DNA from: Thalia democratica
Taxonomy: Eukaryota
Length of the DNA: 64,000 bases
Direction of reading: 5' to 3'
NCBI GenBank assembly: GCA_965202585.1
Contig: OZ241827.1
Coordinates: 77,562,001-77,626,000, forward strand
Position 1 is the stretch's first letter. Every line of letters begins with the position of its first letter. The notes under the pieces are model-generated. The model did no database searches. It saw only the letters and a program-made list of their open reading frames with translations, and had not been told where the DNA came from. The position numbers were made by a program, and so were the translations under genes. Shown piece by piece: positions 50,801-64,000 of this stretch.

Positions 50801-52384
50801 CCTAAATGAAAAAAAAAACTTAGTTTAAAACAAAATAAAAAACATTTTTTTAAGATTATTTTTGTTTCCAAACAATAAATAGGTTTTAAAACAAAAACAC
50901 ACATAGTATTTTATTTTAACTCCTTTAACTAACATTTTAGGTGAAAACTCTCAACTGAAATATGCTCTACAACGTCACAATTTAGATTCAGTTCCTTTTG
51001 AAATTGATGAAAAACATGGTTATTTGATATTACAAAGACCCGTTGATCGTGAAATTAGAGACAAATACCTTTTCAACATTACTGTTAGTTAAATTTTTTC
51101 TTGAAATTCATATAACTTTAGTTACAATTTTAATAAAGTTTTTTAAGCAGTTAAAGCTACAATAGGTGAAGTTTTATTTTGTCGACTAAGCTGAAGAAAA
51201 TTAGCAAACATGCTTTGATTTTTAAACATAGAAAAATATTGTTAACTCTATACACGAGATACAACTATAGTTTTACTATAATTCTTTTTAAAGGTAAAAG
51301 ACCAAGGGATTCCAGTTAAGTCAACATCAGTTCAAGTTAATTTAAGAGTAAGAGACGTGAATGACAATGCTCCTGTATTCAAACAAACAAGTGTTAGTTT
51401 TCAGTATTTAAAATGTTTTATGACTAAAAATCCGTCCACCGTTACTTATTTACCATAAATTTTACTTTACAAAGAGTGGTGTGCTTTACTCTAACAAAAT
51501 ACAAAATTTAATAAAGAAACCTTTTAATTGTATAATTAATATTAATCGACTCTTTTTTTTCAGTACAAAGCTGAGGTTAAGGAAAGTGCCAAAATTAGCC
51601 ATCTAGTGGCAAAAGTTGAAGCATTCAGTTTAGACGATGGAGTAAATGCGGATTTGCAATACCTCATTGTTGGAGGAAACGAACTTAACAAGTTTCAAAT
51701 CGACAGTAGATCAGGTATAAGAGAATGACTTAAAAAATAACTACTTAAATCATTTATATAGTGACAACATTCAAATACAACTTTCATTCAAATACAGGAG
51801 AAGTTGTTCTTCTTGATGAAGTTATTTAGCTCAAACTTATTTATATAAGCATTTCAAAAAGCCCATTTCAACTTGTTAGTTAATGTACGGTATCTCTTTT
51901 TATACATGAAACATAATTAAAAAAATTTTTTATGAAGAAAAAATTAAATTAAACTTAACCATCTTCTTTTAACAGGTGAATTTGTTTTTAATGACAAAAA
52001 TGTGCTGATATCAAACAACCCGTACGAAATAGAAGACATTTCATCAGATAAAGCGGCTAAAACGTTCCATTTCACCATAACTGCTACTGACAGTGGAAAT
52101 CTCGAATCTTTGCCTCTTTATTTAGAAGTTGTCATTTTGAAAGAAAGCAAGTATCCACCGGTTTTGATCTCTCAAAAGATTCAAATTATGACTACTGAAG
52201 GTTTGTTCAAATATAAACTAATTTCGAGTATTATAAAAGGATTTTATTATAACAACCAACTTGTATACACGAAAAGATATATTAATAATTTACCCAAACT
52301 TAGCTACCTTTTATAATTATTTTACTTACTTGAATATTAATTATTCGTCTTAAACTAGTTTTTATTTTTACTGTTCTGTTTCAG

Positions 52385-53510
52385 ATTACTTCAAAGGAGG
52401 AGTGATATCTTCAAAGCTGTACGCCACCGACAAGGACCCCCACGACTTGCAGCGGCTCACCTTCAAGATCGACTCGCTCGCCGACTTCGAGTCGTTCACG
52501 GTGAACCCCCTCACCGGCAAGCTGTCGGCGACCAATGGCGTGCGAGGTCGCCACAACGTCACGGTTGGCGTCAGCGACGGCAGCAGGTACTCGACGGGCC
52601 GGGTCGCCATCGAAGTGGTGAAAATTTCAAAGGAGTCGATTCAGAGTTCGGTCCAGGTCACTTTCGAGGGGATTCCCCCAGAAGCGTACCTTTCGACGGT
52701 TCACGGCAAATTTTTAGCGGCCCTCGGTGACATTCTTCCAAGGGGTTCGAACCCCGGTGAAAATGTGGAAATTTTGTCTTTAATACGCTTGAATGATTTC
52801 AATGCGCAGCTGGTGTTCAGCGTGAGGTCGCCGAAGCGTGACGGCCAGTACCTGAAAGTCGGCCGCCAGCTGAAGGACTCGCTGCCGCTGCTCACCGAGA
52901 AGGCGGGGGTGAGGGTTACGGACGTCAGGGGGGAGGAGTGCGACCTCGAGTGCGCCCACGAGTGCCGGTACGACGTAGTTGTGACGTCATCAGGGGAAAG
53001 TCCCGTCACCACGAAAAAGTGGAGCTTGCTGACCCCTCATTGGTTCGAACGCGAGGAGAAGTGCGTGTGCAGGAAAGGTCACGCGGGTGTGAATTGCGCT
53101 TCCGTTTGCGCTGGAGTAACGGACGTGTGCGAGGAAGTAGGCGGAAAGTGCGAGCTGGACGCGAACGAGGTGCGAGGCTACCGGTGCGCGCAGAAGAACC
53201 GAAGGAACAGCGCAGTTTCTTTCGGGGGAAATTCCCTGATCGAGTACAAGCTGAACAACCCTGAAGTGTTCAGTTTGTCGCTGAGGTTCAGAACCCGGCA
53301 GCGCGACGCAAAACTGCTGGAGGCCGCGGAAGAGTCGGGAGGCAACTTGGCGCGCGTCAGCGTCGACGAAGGGAAACTGAAGCTGGAGTTCGCGTGCGGG
53401 TTGGACGGCGGAAACATGCAATCCATGGAAATGAGCGAGTCGGAAATGAGCGACGGAAACTGGCATGACGTCACAATCGAACCCATTTCCGACAAAGATT
53501 GCGCTTATAG
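52385..53510 (+). pseudogene. Copy 2 cadherin/EGF/LamG exon (still open, about 99% identical to 13977-15102)
   Basis: Same length and splice sites; about 12 substitutions counted by eye. Confidence 0.85.
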
Positions 53511-56500
53511 GTATGAAGTTTTTATTAATATTTACCATTAAAATTTTTATCAAGATTTTAATTGTAAGTTCGTAAAAAACTTATGCTTGTTACTAGTAAG
53601 ATATACTAAGTGATAGTTTTCTGGCTTAGAGTTTTATTTTAGCTGCTTAGTCTTATTATAACAACTTTTATTAATGCTAAAACATAACTACAAAAGATTG
53701 CGCTTAGATGTATTTAGCTTTAGTTTTCTTTACTAGTTATTTAGTTCTTTATCAGTTAGTTTTATATGCTTTTCTTTGCTAACTGTTAAAAAGCATGCAT
53801 TGGATCTAATTTTACCAATCAAGTTACGACATGTTGTTGTTAGTAAACATTTGCATGTACTATATATTGCTATATATTAACTATAACTTATTTTGATTAT
53901 TCTAAATAAATTTTTACAGGTTGGTAGTAGACAGTAAATACGAGGCTACAGGAGCATTGGGTGAGAACAAAAAAAGAAAGTTGAAATTTGACAAACTTAC
54001 ACTGGGAGGATTAGATAAAAATAATGATGGTATCATTGGATGCATTGAAGAAATTAAAATTAACCAAATTTTAATTCAAGATCTTCTTCATTACAATAAA
54101 TTGAGAATTACTAAGAAACAAGAAGTTCTTGATAGGTTAGTTTCTGTTTCTATACTCTTTATACGTTAGAAGAATATATGGTTATGCTAAATAAAAACTA
54201 TACGAAATTCCTACTATGTTTTAAAAAAATGTATAAATCTAACTATTTTGATGCAACATAGACATTTAGTTTTAATAAGATGTGTTTCATTGAAGTATCA
54301 ATAAACAATATGTTAAAATCTACCTAATTTTTCAGATGTAGCATGGATATTGGGTCTTGCGTGAATCATTTTTGTTACAACGGCGGTAAATGCGGACTAG
54401 ACATGTCTTTAGAAGGAAATTCCCCAATATGCAAGTGTAGTTCGGGTTATGCAGGGCCTGATTGTCGCAAAAGGAAGGTTTGTGAAGACTTGCCGTGCAA
54501 AAATAAAGGAATTTGCCATTCACAAGCTGTTGAAAGTTTTAGGTTGGTGAAATTTCAAATAGTTTAGTTATTTCCTCAAATATTTAATACTTATATTAAT
54601 AAAAAAAGCTTAATCTGTTTTACAGATATGAATTTAATGTTTTTATGAACTAGTTCTTTGCTCACTTTTAGCAATTAGTAGTACTTTACTTATGGGATAT
54701 AAAAACCATTAGTTTTATCATTATCACAGATGCGAATGTAAAGAAGGTTTTGGAGGAGAATTTTGTGACGTCATATGCAAGGAGGGGTTCACTGGAGTGA
54801 ATTGTGACGTCATAATAAATAAATGTTTCAGTTACGATGAAAATTTTGCTTGCAACTGCTCTTTATCAAATGAAGGTAAGCTTTTTTACTATGGATATTT
54901 GCTTTGGATGTAGTAATATGTAACTACAAGCAACAAACTAATTTTGACTGCAAACATATTCTAAAAATTTTATTATGTAAAAAATTTGCTGCGAATAAAC
55001 GTAAAATTTGAAGTTTTCATGAGAAATGCAAATTTTTTTTTCATAATATGTAAAGTTTATTGAAATAAAACACTATCTTATCTTAAAAAGACGTTATTTA
55101 CTAATATTAAACATATATGCTTTTAAAAGCTTAAGACTTTAAATTTCAACAGAAGTATTAAAATCAACTACCAAAGTATAATTTGTTTAATATGGATTCT
55201 TAAAGACGACTTTATCGCTTGTTTATTAAAACTAATCCTATTGTTTAAATAGGGATGTATTTTTGTCACGCAATATTTCTTTTTTTTGTATGTCACGCAA
55301 AAACTTACAAATCTACTATTTATTGATAAGTAATAATAAGAACGTAATAAAATACTATTTATTAGCTGTATGTGTAAAAAAATTATAAAAAGTAGCATAA
55401 AAAGTACATAGTTGAACTTGTAAAATTCATAGAAAAAAAAGCTTAAACAATTGTAATTGTTTAAAATAGCTTATAAGTTCCAAGTTTAAAAGTTTTAGTT
55501 AAAAACTTCAAATCAACAAAATAATAATGATGCTAACAGGTTGCAAAACTATCCTAGAAAATCAGACCAACGCGAAGAAATCATCATTTCCTTATTTAAT
55601 CCTCATAATTGTTATTTTAATCATCATAATCGTTGCCACCATAGCAACTGCAGTCGGCTGCTACGTAAGAAGAAGAAAGATGCGAACCGGAAGTACTATT
55701 TCCACTAAAGAAAAGTTTTATTTGACACAACTGAAACACAGAGAAGGTTTGAATGGTTTACATTAATTAATTTTCAAGTTTAATTTTATATAAGTCTTTG
55801 AAGTTTAATTCATTAAAATCAAAAATATTAACGATCTATAAAATGGTTTATTTCATAGATCACTCATCAGATGGAAACCAGTCGATTCCAAAGCCACCGA
55901 TTCCTGCAAGACCTGTTGATTATCAGAGATGTTCAAGAGAAATTATTGACAGCATGGTTGAACAAGTAAATATAATAATTATTATATATTCAGTTCTTAG
56001 TTTACAGTTTGCATACTTCTAATTACTACAATTTAACTATTTAATTATCTTCTTTTAAAAAATTTTCAGTTGAAAACCAAAAATGAAATCAACAATTTAT
56101 CATTAAAAAAATTAATTACATGTTTTAAAATAATTTTTCAGGAGCTAAAGAACAGGAAACAGTCAAGTGACGTATTCGACAAAAGTATGACGTCATTCCA
56201 GGACAATGAAAAATTGACGTCATACCAGGATAATGGAAAGCTGACGTCATTGGCTTCCGATTCAACTTCGTTTCAGAAAATTCCCATGTCTTGGACTGAC
56301 TATGAGCACAATCATGTAAGTAGTATAATAAATAACACCAAAAATATTAGCTCAATTTGAAGTTGTTATTTCTGTTAATTAATTATTATAGTTCACACCT
56401 GTAAACTGACACAATGGTTATTATATTATTTTAATTATAATAAAAAATAACACAATCTTTATATTTATAAGTTTGATTAAATAAAATTTTAAGTTTGTGT

Positions 56501-59500
56501 AAGCTTTCACTGACTGTTCATTAAAACTATAATTTATTTTATTAAGTATATATGTAATTTCGTTTAAACAAAATGCTTCAACTAATTTTTAAACCATCAC
56601 AGTTCAGCGGAAGTATATCTGGTTGTTCGTCTTACAGCAAAAGAACTCCGATCCCGTCTGCGAAATCACCGAAACTGTTCACCAGGATTCCCAGATTCCA
56701 GCAGCAGTCAGTTCACAAAGTAGCAAGCAAGCAGTCCATCGCAGAACAGCGTAAGTTTTATAACAGTAGTCGAGTGGTAGTCAGGCTTAGACTGATTCTT
56801 TATTAACTTTTTCAGTGGACTTTCTTGTTTTATATATTATTTTAATACACTTCTCTCTGTATTTTTAGCAGTGTTTTAGACTCTAATAATAATAATATGA
56901 ATTTTTCGGAAAACATTTTAAAAAATCCAATAGTTTTATTTGAAGCTTTTTTTTATTTGAAAAACATATTAGTTCTCGCTTTTTAAAATTCTTATAATGT
57001 AAAATTATCTTTAAGACTTGATCTCTTATCATGTATAATTGTTAATAAATTAATTCAATCACAGTTCTAAAATATTAACAGTATGTTAGCTAGACGTAGA
57101 TGTACACTGATTTTGATTTAATTTTTCAGTAAACCTTTATAATTTTTAGATTTTCAAATTTTTAACATTTATTTTACTTTATTGTATCTTTTGAAGAAAT
57201 TTTTGATTCGTAACGTATTTTTATTACAAGATATACTTACAAGTTTAAAAATATTTAATATCTAATTTCAGTTCTAAACAAAGTTAAAAAAATATTAATT
57301 TTTGATTAGAACATCTTTAAAATGTAAATTTTGTAACTTTGTTTTTTTTTCTCACTGTTTTCTTAACTAAAATTTGTTTAACCACAGTTTTGTAATTCTA
57401 AACAGTTGGAAGAAAACCAAAAAAATTGAATTTAGCAGAATTCAACCGTAATACAGGTCTATAAATAAAAAGCTTGGTTATGGTGATTTTTGTACAAACT
57501 TAGCATGTACTCAAAAACGTGGTGTTAATCATTATAATAAAATAACTTCAACTGCTTTTTCTGAAAAACTGCTTGTTACTTGTTTATGTTAACTTTCAAA
57601 ATCTTTAACATGAAAGACTTGTTAAAATTACATAAAACATTGAAAAATAATTTTGATTTCATATAGTTAGGTATATCCAGTTATAAGCTTTTGCTTTATG
57701 TTTCAAAATTTAAGTATAAGTATGTCAACTGTTATTATTTATCCTGTTATACTTAGTGGTTTTACATATGTTGTACTGTTGTTTGTTTCTAAGTTTTATT
57801 TTAAAACTTTCATCTAAATGAAAAATTTATAAGTTTACCATGGTTATTAAAAAAAAATGTGTTAATTTATCTGGCTTCAAAAATTATAGTTTTTATTCTA
57901 AACGTATTTTTTTAAACTCAAATGATAACACTTATTTTAACTGCCTTTCATTTTTAGCATGTAAATTATTAAGTTGTGATGAATTTTATATTTCGTTCAA
58001 AACAAAAGTTATTAATGGTTTTATTAGGTTGTTATTTTGTAATTCGAAAAATAACTTGTTACTTTTGTATCGAAACCTCAAAGCATGTTGATCAATATCA
58101 TAGCATGTGGTTTTTGCATGTGTATTATCATGTAACTTGCATTTATTTCAGTATGTTATATCAGGGTTTTCTATACATGTTTATTTTTTTTACAAGAAGT
58201 TGTTTTATTAATTGCATATTTTGAAAAGAAAATTAGTTATCTAAATAATTATTAAAAAGATTCTTAAGAACCCATTAACTTTTTAAACTCAATGATAAAA
58301 TGTTAACTTTTTATGCTTAACTTAAAAAGAAACTTTAAAAAAGTTGTAAAAGTTCTTAAAACTCAATTATAAAATTTGACGAATCCTTTTTAATACTTAA
58401 ACAATTTTATTCACTAGATTACGCATGGGACGTTTCTGATTGGATTAAAAACAACTCGTCGGCGGCCAATCACGTTCCTGAACACGTGACGTCAGTACCA
58501 GTGAGGCTGAACAACAGATCCGACGGTGTTACGTCATCAAACAATCGCGTGACGTCACATTACAACTTGGCTGGGAGAAAACCGAAAAGGAAGGGGAGAA
58601 AATGCAGCGACGCTTCCACAACAGATTCAAAACTGGTTTGTATAAATTTATAAACTTAAAAAGTTTTATAAGTCTAAATATATATATCTAGACATAAAAT
58701 AGACAATTGAAATGGGAAAAAACTTAACATTTGAAGCTTTTATATTATAAGTATATAAATATTTACGTAAGTTACAAGTCAAGATCATTAAATGACAAAG
58801 TAATTATTTCTAAGTTTTGATTCGAGTATTTATTTTTTCAAACCAGATACGTCATCCGCAAGACGACGAAAGCTCCCAGTATGACGTCAGTAGCGAGGTT
58901 ACGACGGCTGCCAGGCAACCCGGGCGCTTATTACGTAGCAACTATGACGTCACCAACCCCCGATTCGAACCTTCGAACCTCCTGCCCGCCGTCGTCACCA
59001 TGGCAACCAGTTCCTCGTCGTCGGTAGACAGTGACGTCACTGACCAGTTGCTTGGCAACCAGCTGCAGATGTCGTCGCTTTCCGACTTGGAAGAAGATGA
59101 CGTCAACAATTCGTTGATGTTACGTCATAATGACAACGCTTGAAAAACTTTACTTTTGAGAAACATTCCCTCTTTTCTCGTTTTCAGTGTCGAAGTATTT
59201 TTGCTGCTGCTTGAAATAAATAAAAGTTTTAATGAAAGCAGCTTGACGGAAAGCCTTTTAATTTTTGCTGTGATTTGAGGCTTCATTTTTTAATTACTTT
59301 ATATTTAAAGCTTACATTTTGACATACAATAAATTTACCTTTTCTAAATAATTTTTCAGTTACCTTTTATAAATAAAATAGCGTTTTTGTTACTAAGTAC
59401 TTTTTTCTGTTGTTCAGTTTTTTAAATCAGTTTTTTACAGTAAAGTTACTAAGGTACTCTCTAGTTTTTTCATCATCCTGTTAATTCAAATAAAAGTGCC

Positions 59501-61863
59501 TGGAAAAAAATTTCAAATATTCAAGAAGTTTGAATATGTGGGTATTTGTTAATCGAACATGAGTTTATGTTTTATGTGTATTGTGACTGTTTCAAAATTG
59601 TGATGTTAAACAAATAAACATAAATCATCTAAATAGTTTTTTATTTATACTGTAAGTCTTTTGATTTTTTTTTTAGTTGTTTGTATGTTTAACATTTGAT
59701 AACGAATATTAAAATACCTTACTGGTTTAAGCTTATAGGCATATTTGAAAACTGCATGATTTAGGTTGAACATTATTATAATTTTATTTCAGTGTTAAAT
59801 TTTTATAAAACAACTATTAAATAAATTGTTTTAATTTACTCTCAATAAATTAAGCTATTTTATACTCTTGTTTCGATTTAAATTGAAGTTTAAAGCACTT
59901 TATGTTGCAAGTTTTCTTTTGAAAGTAATAACTGAACATAAACTTCTAAAATCTGTTCAAACTCATTAATATTAAGTTGCTAGAAGACTATAAAGAAAAG
60001 AAGAATGACTTTTGTTTTTTTAATCTAAAGCACGTTTTGAGACTAAAAAGATTTATTTTAAGTTTTCTAAACCCTTAATTCAAACACTATTGGCTAATTT
60101 TTCAGTTATACTTGGTCGACTTTGAATGGAATTTATACTGTCAAATTACGTAGTGAGAAATAAAACATCGATATTCTTTCGGTTTGCACTTAAGCTAGTT
60201 TGACCTTTTGGTTAGTTCGTTTGTTATGCTGTAAAAATGAACCCGTTTTGATCTTAAATAAAAACTGTAAGATTATACTTTGATTACTAAAAATAATTTT
60301 CGAACTGCAAAATAAATTACTTGAATATTGAAACTAGTAACATCTAGTAATAAAGTGTTTAAAATCAAGATTTGAAAACAAACTAAAACTTTTATTTGGC
60401 TTTGATATACGTGCAACACAATTATAATCGTTTTATTTCTGTAAAAAGTTCTTTATATTGATTGTCAAGAAATAAAAACCAAAATAACCTTTTTGTTACC
60501 TGAAAAAAAGACATCTAAACACCAACTTAATCACATTATTAACTTTTAAATACGTTGATTAGAAAGTTAGGTTCCATACGCAATTATAACGTTCTAAAGT
60601 CTTCTTGGAAGAATTTATTTATAAAAAATATCAAGGACTTTGATGGTTTATCACAAGAAACGAATATAAACATGTATAAAGAATCGAAATGGTTAGTTTA
60701 TTTTTGTTACAGTTTGAAATGTATATAGGAAAAAACTAAATAAACATTAAATTTCTACTTTTTTGTTAAACCCAATTAATTTTTTAAATGGTTGTTAATA
60801 ATAAAAATTTGTGTTTCATGATATGCTAAATATTACTTTTTTTAATTTTTAGTACTATAATTTAGTGATTAAGTTTTTTTATTGCTATTTTGTAATTAAA
60901 GTTTTTTAAACTTTTTATTCACTCTTTTTTTAAAAAGTTTACCTGAAATGTTTTCGTAGTTTGAACTTTTATTTAACTTTGCATTCAACGCTTTGATTAT
61001 TATAGTTATTTTTTTCCCAGAACCAAAATTTCTGAAACTTAACTATAAACAAAATTAAACTTTACAATCATGACGTAGAACTTAACATGCTTAAAAACTT
61101 CTAAAAGTTTGTGGTTTCATTTTTACTTAGTAAATAGACATTTGAACTTGAATAAAGTTTTGTAGGAGTGTACTTTGTACAATTATTAAATAGTTAAAAA
61201 AATGAAAATGAAACTAAGTCAACTTAGTATGTAGATAATTTTAAAGACTTTGAATTTCTAGTAAATAAGAGATAATTTGCAATTATTTAGCAAACAACTT
61301 ATTTTTCGACAAGTTTAATTTTTAGTAAAATTTTAGTAAACATTTTAAACGCTTAAATTAACATTTGTTTTTTTTTTTTGATACTACGCTTAAAATGTAA
61401 ACTTTCAAAACAGAATGAAATTCTACTCATTCAATTGAAAGCTTATAAAAAATGCGAGAGAATTTATTTGAGAGAAATTAAAAAAACTAAACGAAGTGAA
61501 GCATAACATACTCTGCCGGGAGATTTATGATTGTAAACTACAAAGAACAAAATATGTTTCAGTATTCACGATGTCTTTAATTAAACATTATTTATTACAA
61601 AGTAAACGTTCGAAGTTTGGTTTAATCGACTTAAATATAAAACGTGTCGTTCTTTATAAAAAAATATGTTTCTATTTTACAAGCTAAAATAATTTTTTTC
61701 TCTCAACATCATAAATTAACAAAACATTGTTTTATAAATAAACATTTTAGACTTTCTCAAAATAAGCATGTTACACCATAAGGCTTAAAACTTCCAACAA
61801 TCTCCTAAACCTTTTACTAGCACTTTAATATAGTTTTTTAAACAAATGTATTTTTTATCAAAG

Positions 61864-64000
61864 ATCTAAACAAAGCAGACAACGTTCTGCATGAGTGAGT
61901 GGAGTCGAACCGGTGCAATAATCGGTAAATTAACGGGAGAAAATCCGCAGACATCCAACGTTACTTGCCAGATCGTGGATTGTAAACCTAAAAGCTTACT
62001 AACTTATTAAACTGTGGGTGGCGTGATCGCTTTAATTTTATTAAATTTGCGCACGAAACAAATTTACTTCGTTTTTTAGGATCAGCAGAACATAAAAAGT
62101 GCGTAGGTCAAACATGATATTTTAGATGATAGAGACCTGAAATTTTGAAATTGCTTACAAAAGTTTGTTTAAATACCGAAATAAAATTAACGGTCCTGGA
62201 AAGAAAATTTTCACTTATTCTAGTAACTACAACTGTCAAGGATTATAAAGACAACTAGCTAAAATTTCATTCAGAAAAGTTTAGTGCTGACGTACTTTAA
62301 AATTATTTCCATCGTTTATTGGTTGCATGCAAGCGATCAGACTCTAAATTGACCAATGGGGGTATTTCTTACAGCGCAGTATCAAAAGGAAGCTTAGATG
62401 AAGACACTCTGTTTGTGGTGGACAAAATTAGTGGGTCAATTAGATTAATGGGTTGTTTAGAGGCAAGAGTTACAGGCTAAGGATAAGAGCAAGAGATTTT
62501 ACAGGGAAGAGCACTCAAGCCAGACTGGTTGTCAATGTGTTGCCTAGTAACCTTTGTTCGCGTAATGGCAATATGAAAAATAAACTGACCATGATAAATG
62601 TAATTGAAATAACTTCCCCTGGACAAGTGGTTGGTACCATAAACACTACTAGATCTGATGTTGTTTATGACATCATAGATGGTTCGGGAAAGGGAGTTTT
62701 TAGAGTTGATCGATATACAGGTCGGTAAAAGATTGATTAAAAGAAAATTCTAGTCCTAAAATAAGTACATACTTTAAAATTTTATAAGAAAAAGTTAACT
62801 TTTAGTATTTTAACTTTATCAATTGTATTTAATGTGAATAACTTTTAGTTTGAACTTTTTAAATCTAGTTTTTACTATTATGGACAAGTTATTTTCAGTT
62901 TAAAATGTTTTAGTAGTATCATAACATGGTGTGTATTTTAAATAATAACTAGCCTGATTTTTCTTGTTTTCATAGTTAATATATCCTCTTTTTATACTTT
63001 TAAAACTGTCTAAGGTTCAAAGAAAACATAATATAAATTTTTAGTTTTTATATAAATTTTGCACATAATTTTAAAGTTAGAACATAAAAGATTTAATTAA
63101 TTTTACATATAAACATAAAATCCGAATTTAATTAATTTTTTAAAGTTATTTTATTTTTATCTGACAATCAAAAAACTTTCTAAAAAAGTTTTTAAATTTT
63201 AATTTTTTCAAAACCCAAGGTTTAAGTAAACAAGTTCAGTTGAATTTAATGAATTTTTGTTCAAACAAAACTTAAATAATTGTTTTGGAATTTTATATAT
63301 TTCTTAAACAGTCAAACAATTGTTTGATACGTTTTGTTGAATCGTGACTTGTTCATGTTTGCATGTTTTGTTTTTCATACAAGCAAGCAGTAATTGCATA
63401 CCATACATTTAATCTTTAATTGTTTGTAAATGTTTATAAACTATTGTAAAAATTTCCAATTCTCAGTATGTATAAACGTTTAAACTACCATAACATTTTT
63501 ATACAATATTTATTTTAACAGTTTATTACTAACAAAACTATGTTTTACTCCTATACTTGCATATAGGAGATCCTCAGTTGTTGTAAATAGATCTGAAAAA
63601 TATTTTTTGAACCAATGAATGGAAGTTCCATACATAGCTAAACAATAAAATTACATAAAAGTTTTATAAGTTTAAAGACAGTGTAGTTATATTTGTTAAA
63701 TTTACTTATAAACAGGGAAAGTATTTTTTTGACATACAAAAGCTTTCAATGTATACATATTAATAACTTGTTTAAACGATCAAGAAATTCGGCAAAAACA
63801 ACTACTTATGCCTTCTTATTGAAGATTATCGGTTTAAGTAGCAAAAAGGAAATTTATTTTTCTGAAAAGGATGTGCTCTATAAAGCTTGTTTATCACTAA
63901 ACTTGGTTATTACGTCACAGTAGTGCCCTTAAGCTGCACTAGTAATTTCTCCTAAGAAATTTATATGAAGCTACTTGATGAAGTGAAACAGTTATGATGC
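61864..64000 (+). pseudogene. Fat-like cadherin copy 3, start only (decayed exon about 61864-62720, then intron to window end)
   Basis: Homologous to 25363-27538. MSEWSRTGAIIGKLTGENP, KSYRLRIRARDFTGKS, YDIIDGSGKGVFRVDRYTG with stops and frameshifts; donor GT at 62721. Confidence 0.85.

Larger units (their letters stand above)
25363..59143 (+). pseudogene. Fat-like cadherin copy 2: 5'-truncated, unprocessed (intron-containing) pseudogene
   Basis: Extra 5' exons not visible for copy 1: about 25363-26224 (decayed), 30117-30294, 30571-30702, 35210-35277, about 36801-36985, 37288-37434, 37631-37855, 39156-39295; then collinear with copy 1 from 39227. Lesions: stops at 25465, 25495, 25507, 30638 (TGA), 43316 (TGA vs TTA in copy 1), 46351 (TAA vs TCA), 50270 (TAA vs GAA); apparent frameshifts near 30650, 37327, 37790, 48427; acceptor AG to AA at 48407-48408; 874-bp deletion at 51821/51822. 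No signal peptide or N-terminal repeats seen. Confidence 0.9.
39227..64000 (+). repeat. Segmental tandem duplication, visible arm B
   Basis: Collinear direct copy of 1-27538 including introns and intergenic DNA. Confidence 0.97.

Noticed and set aside
39227-64000. Duplication as a simple haplotype mis-assembly
   Set aside because: An allele would not carry many null lesions, start mid-gene and be followed by a third copy with the same junction. Not fully excluded without reads.

Overview
Very AT-rich animal DNA, possibly a tunicate (inferred from composition and gene style, not proven). The whole window is a head-to-tail tandem array of a FAT1/2/3-type (Fat-like) atypical cadherin gene on the + strand. 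Copy 1 (1-21044, 5' part outside the window) can be walked through 44 GT-AG exons in one unbroken frame (9666 nt, 3221 aa): about 21-22 cadherin repeats, EGF, one LamG, EGFs, TM and a tail with PPIPARPVDY, YAWDVSDW and HPDQYLP motifs. Copy 2 (about 25363-59143) is a 5'-truncated pseudogene with stops, frameshifts, a lost acceptor and 874-bp and 207-bp deletions. Copy 3 starts at about 61864 and runs off the window. A composite hAT-type element with an 8-bp TSD sits at 23398-24919, with a clean empty site in the next repeat unit. The least explained signals are (i) 20 perfect TGACGTCA palindromes plus RFX X-box-like and CCAAT motifs written into the coding exons, several in GC/CpG-rich exons, and (ii) hidden in-frame small exons (9 nt and 51 nt, the latter followed by a GCATG cluster) in the two long introns of copy 1. 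No rRNA, tRNA or CRISPR features were seen. Identities and counts were made by eye, and comparisons to vertebrate FAT1 are from memory.
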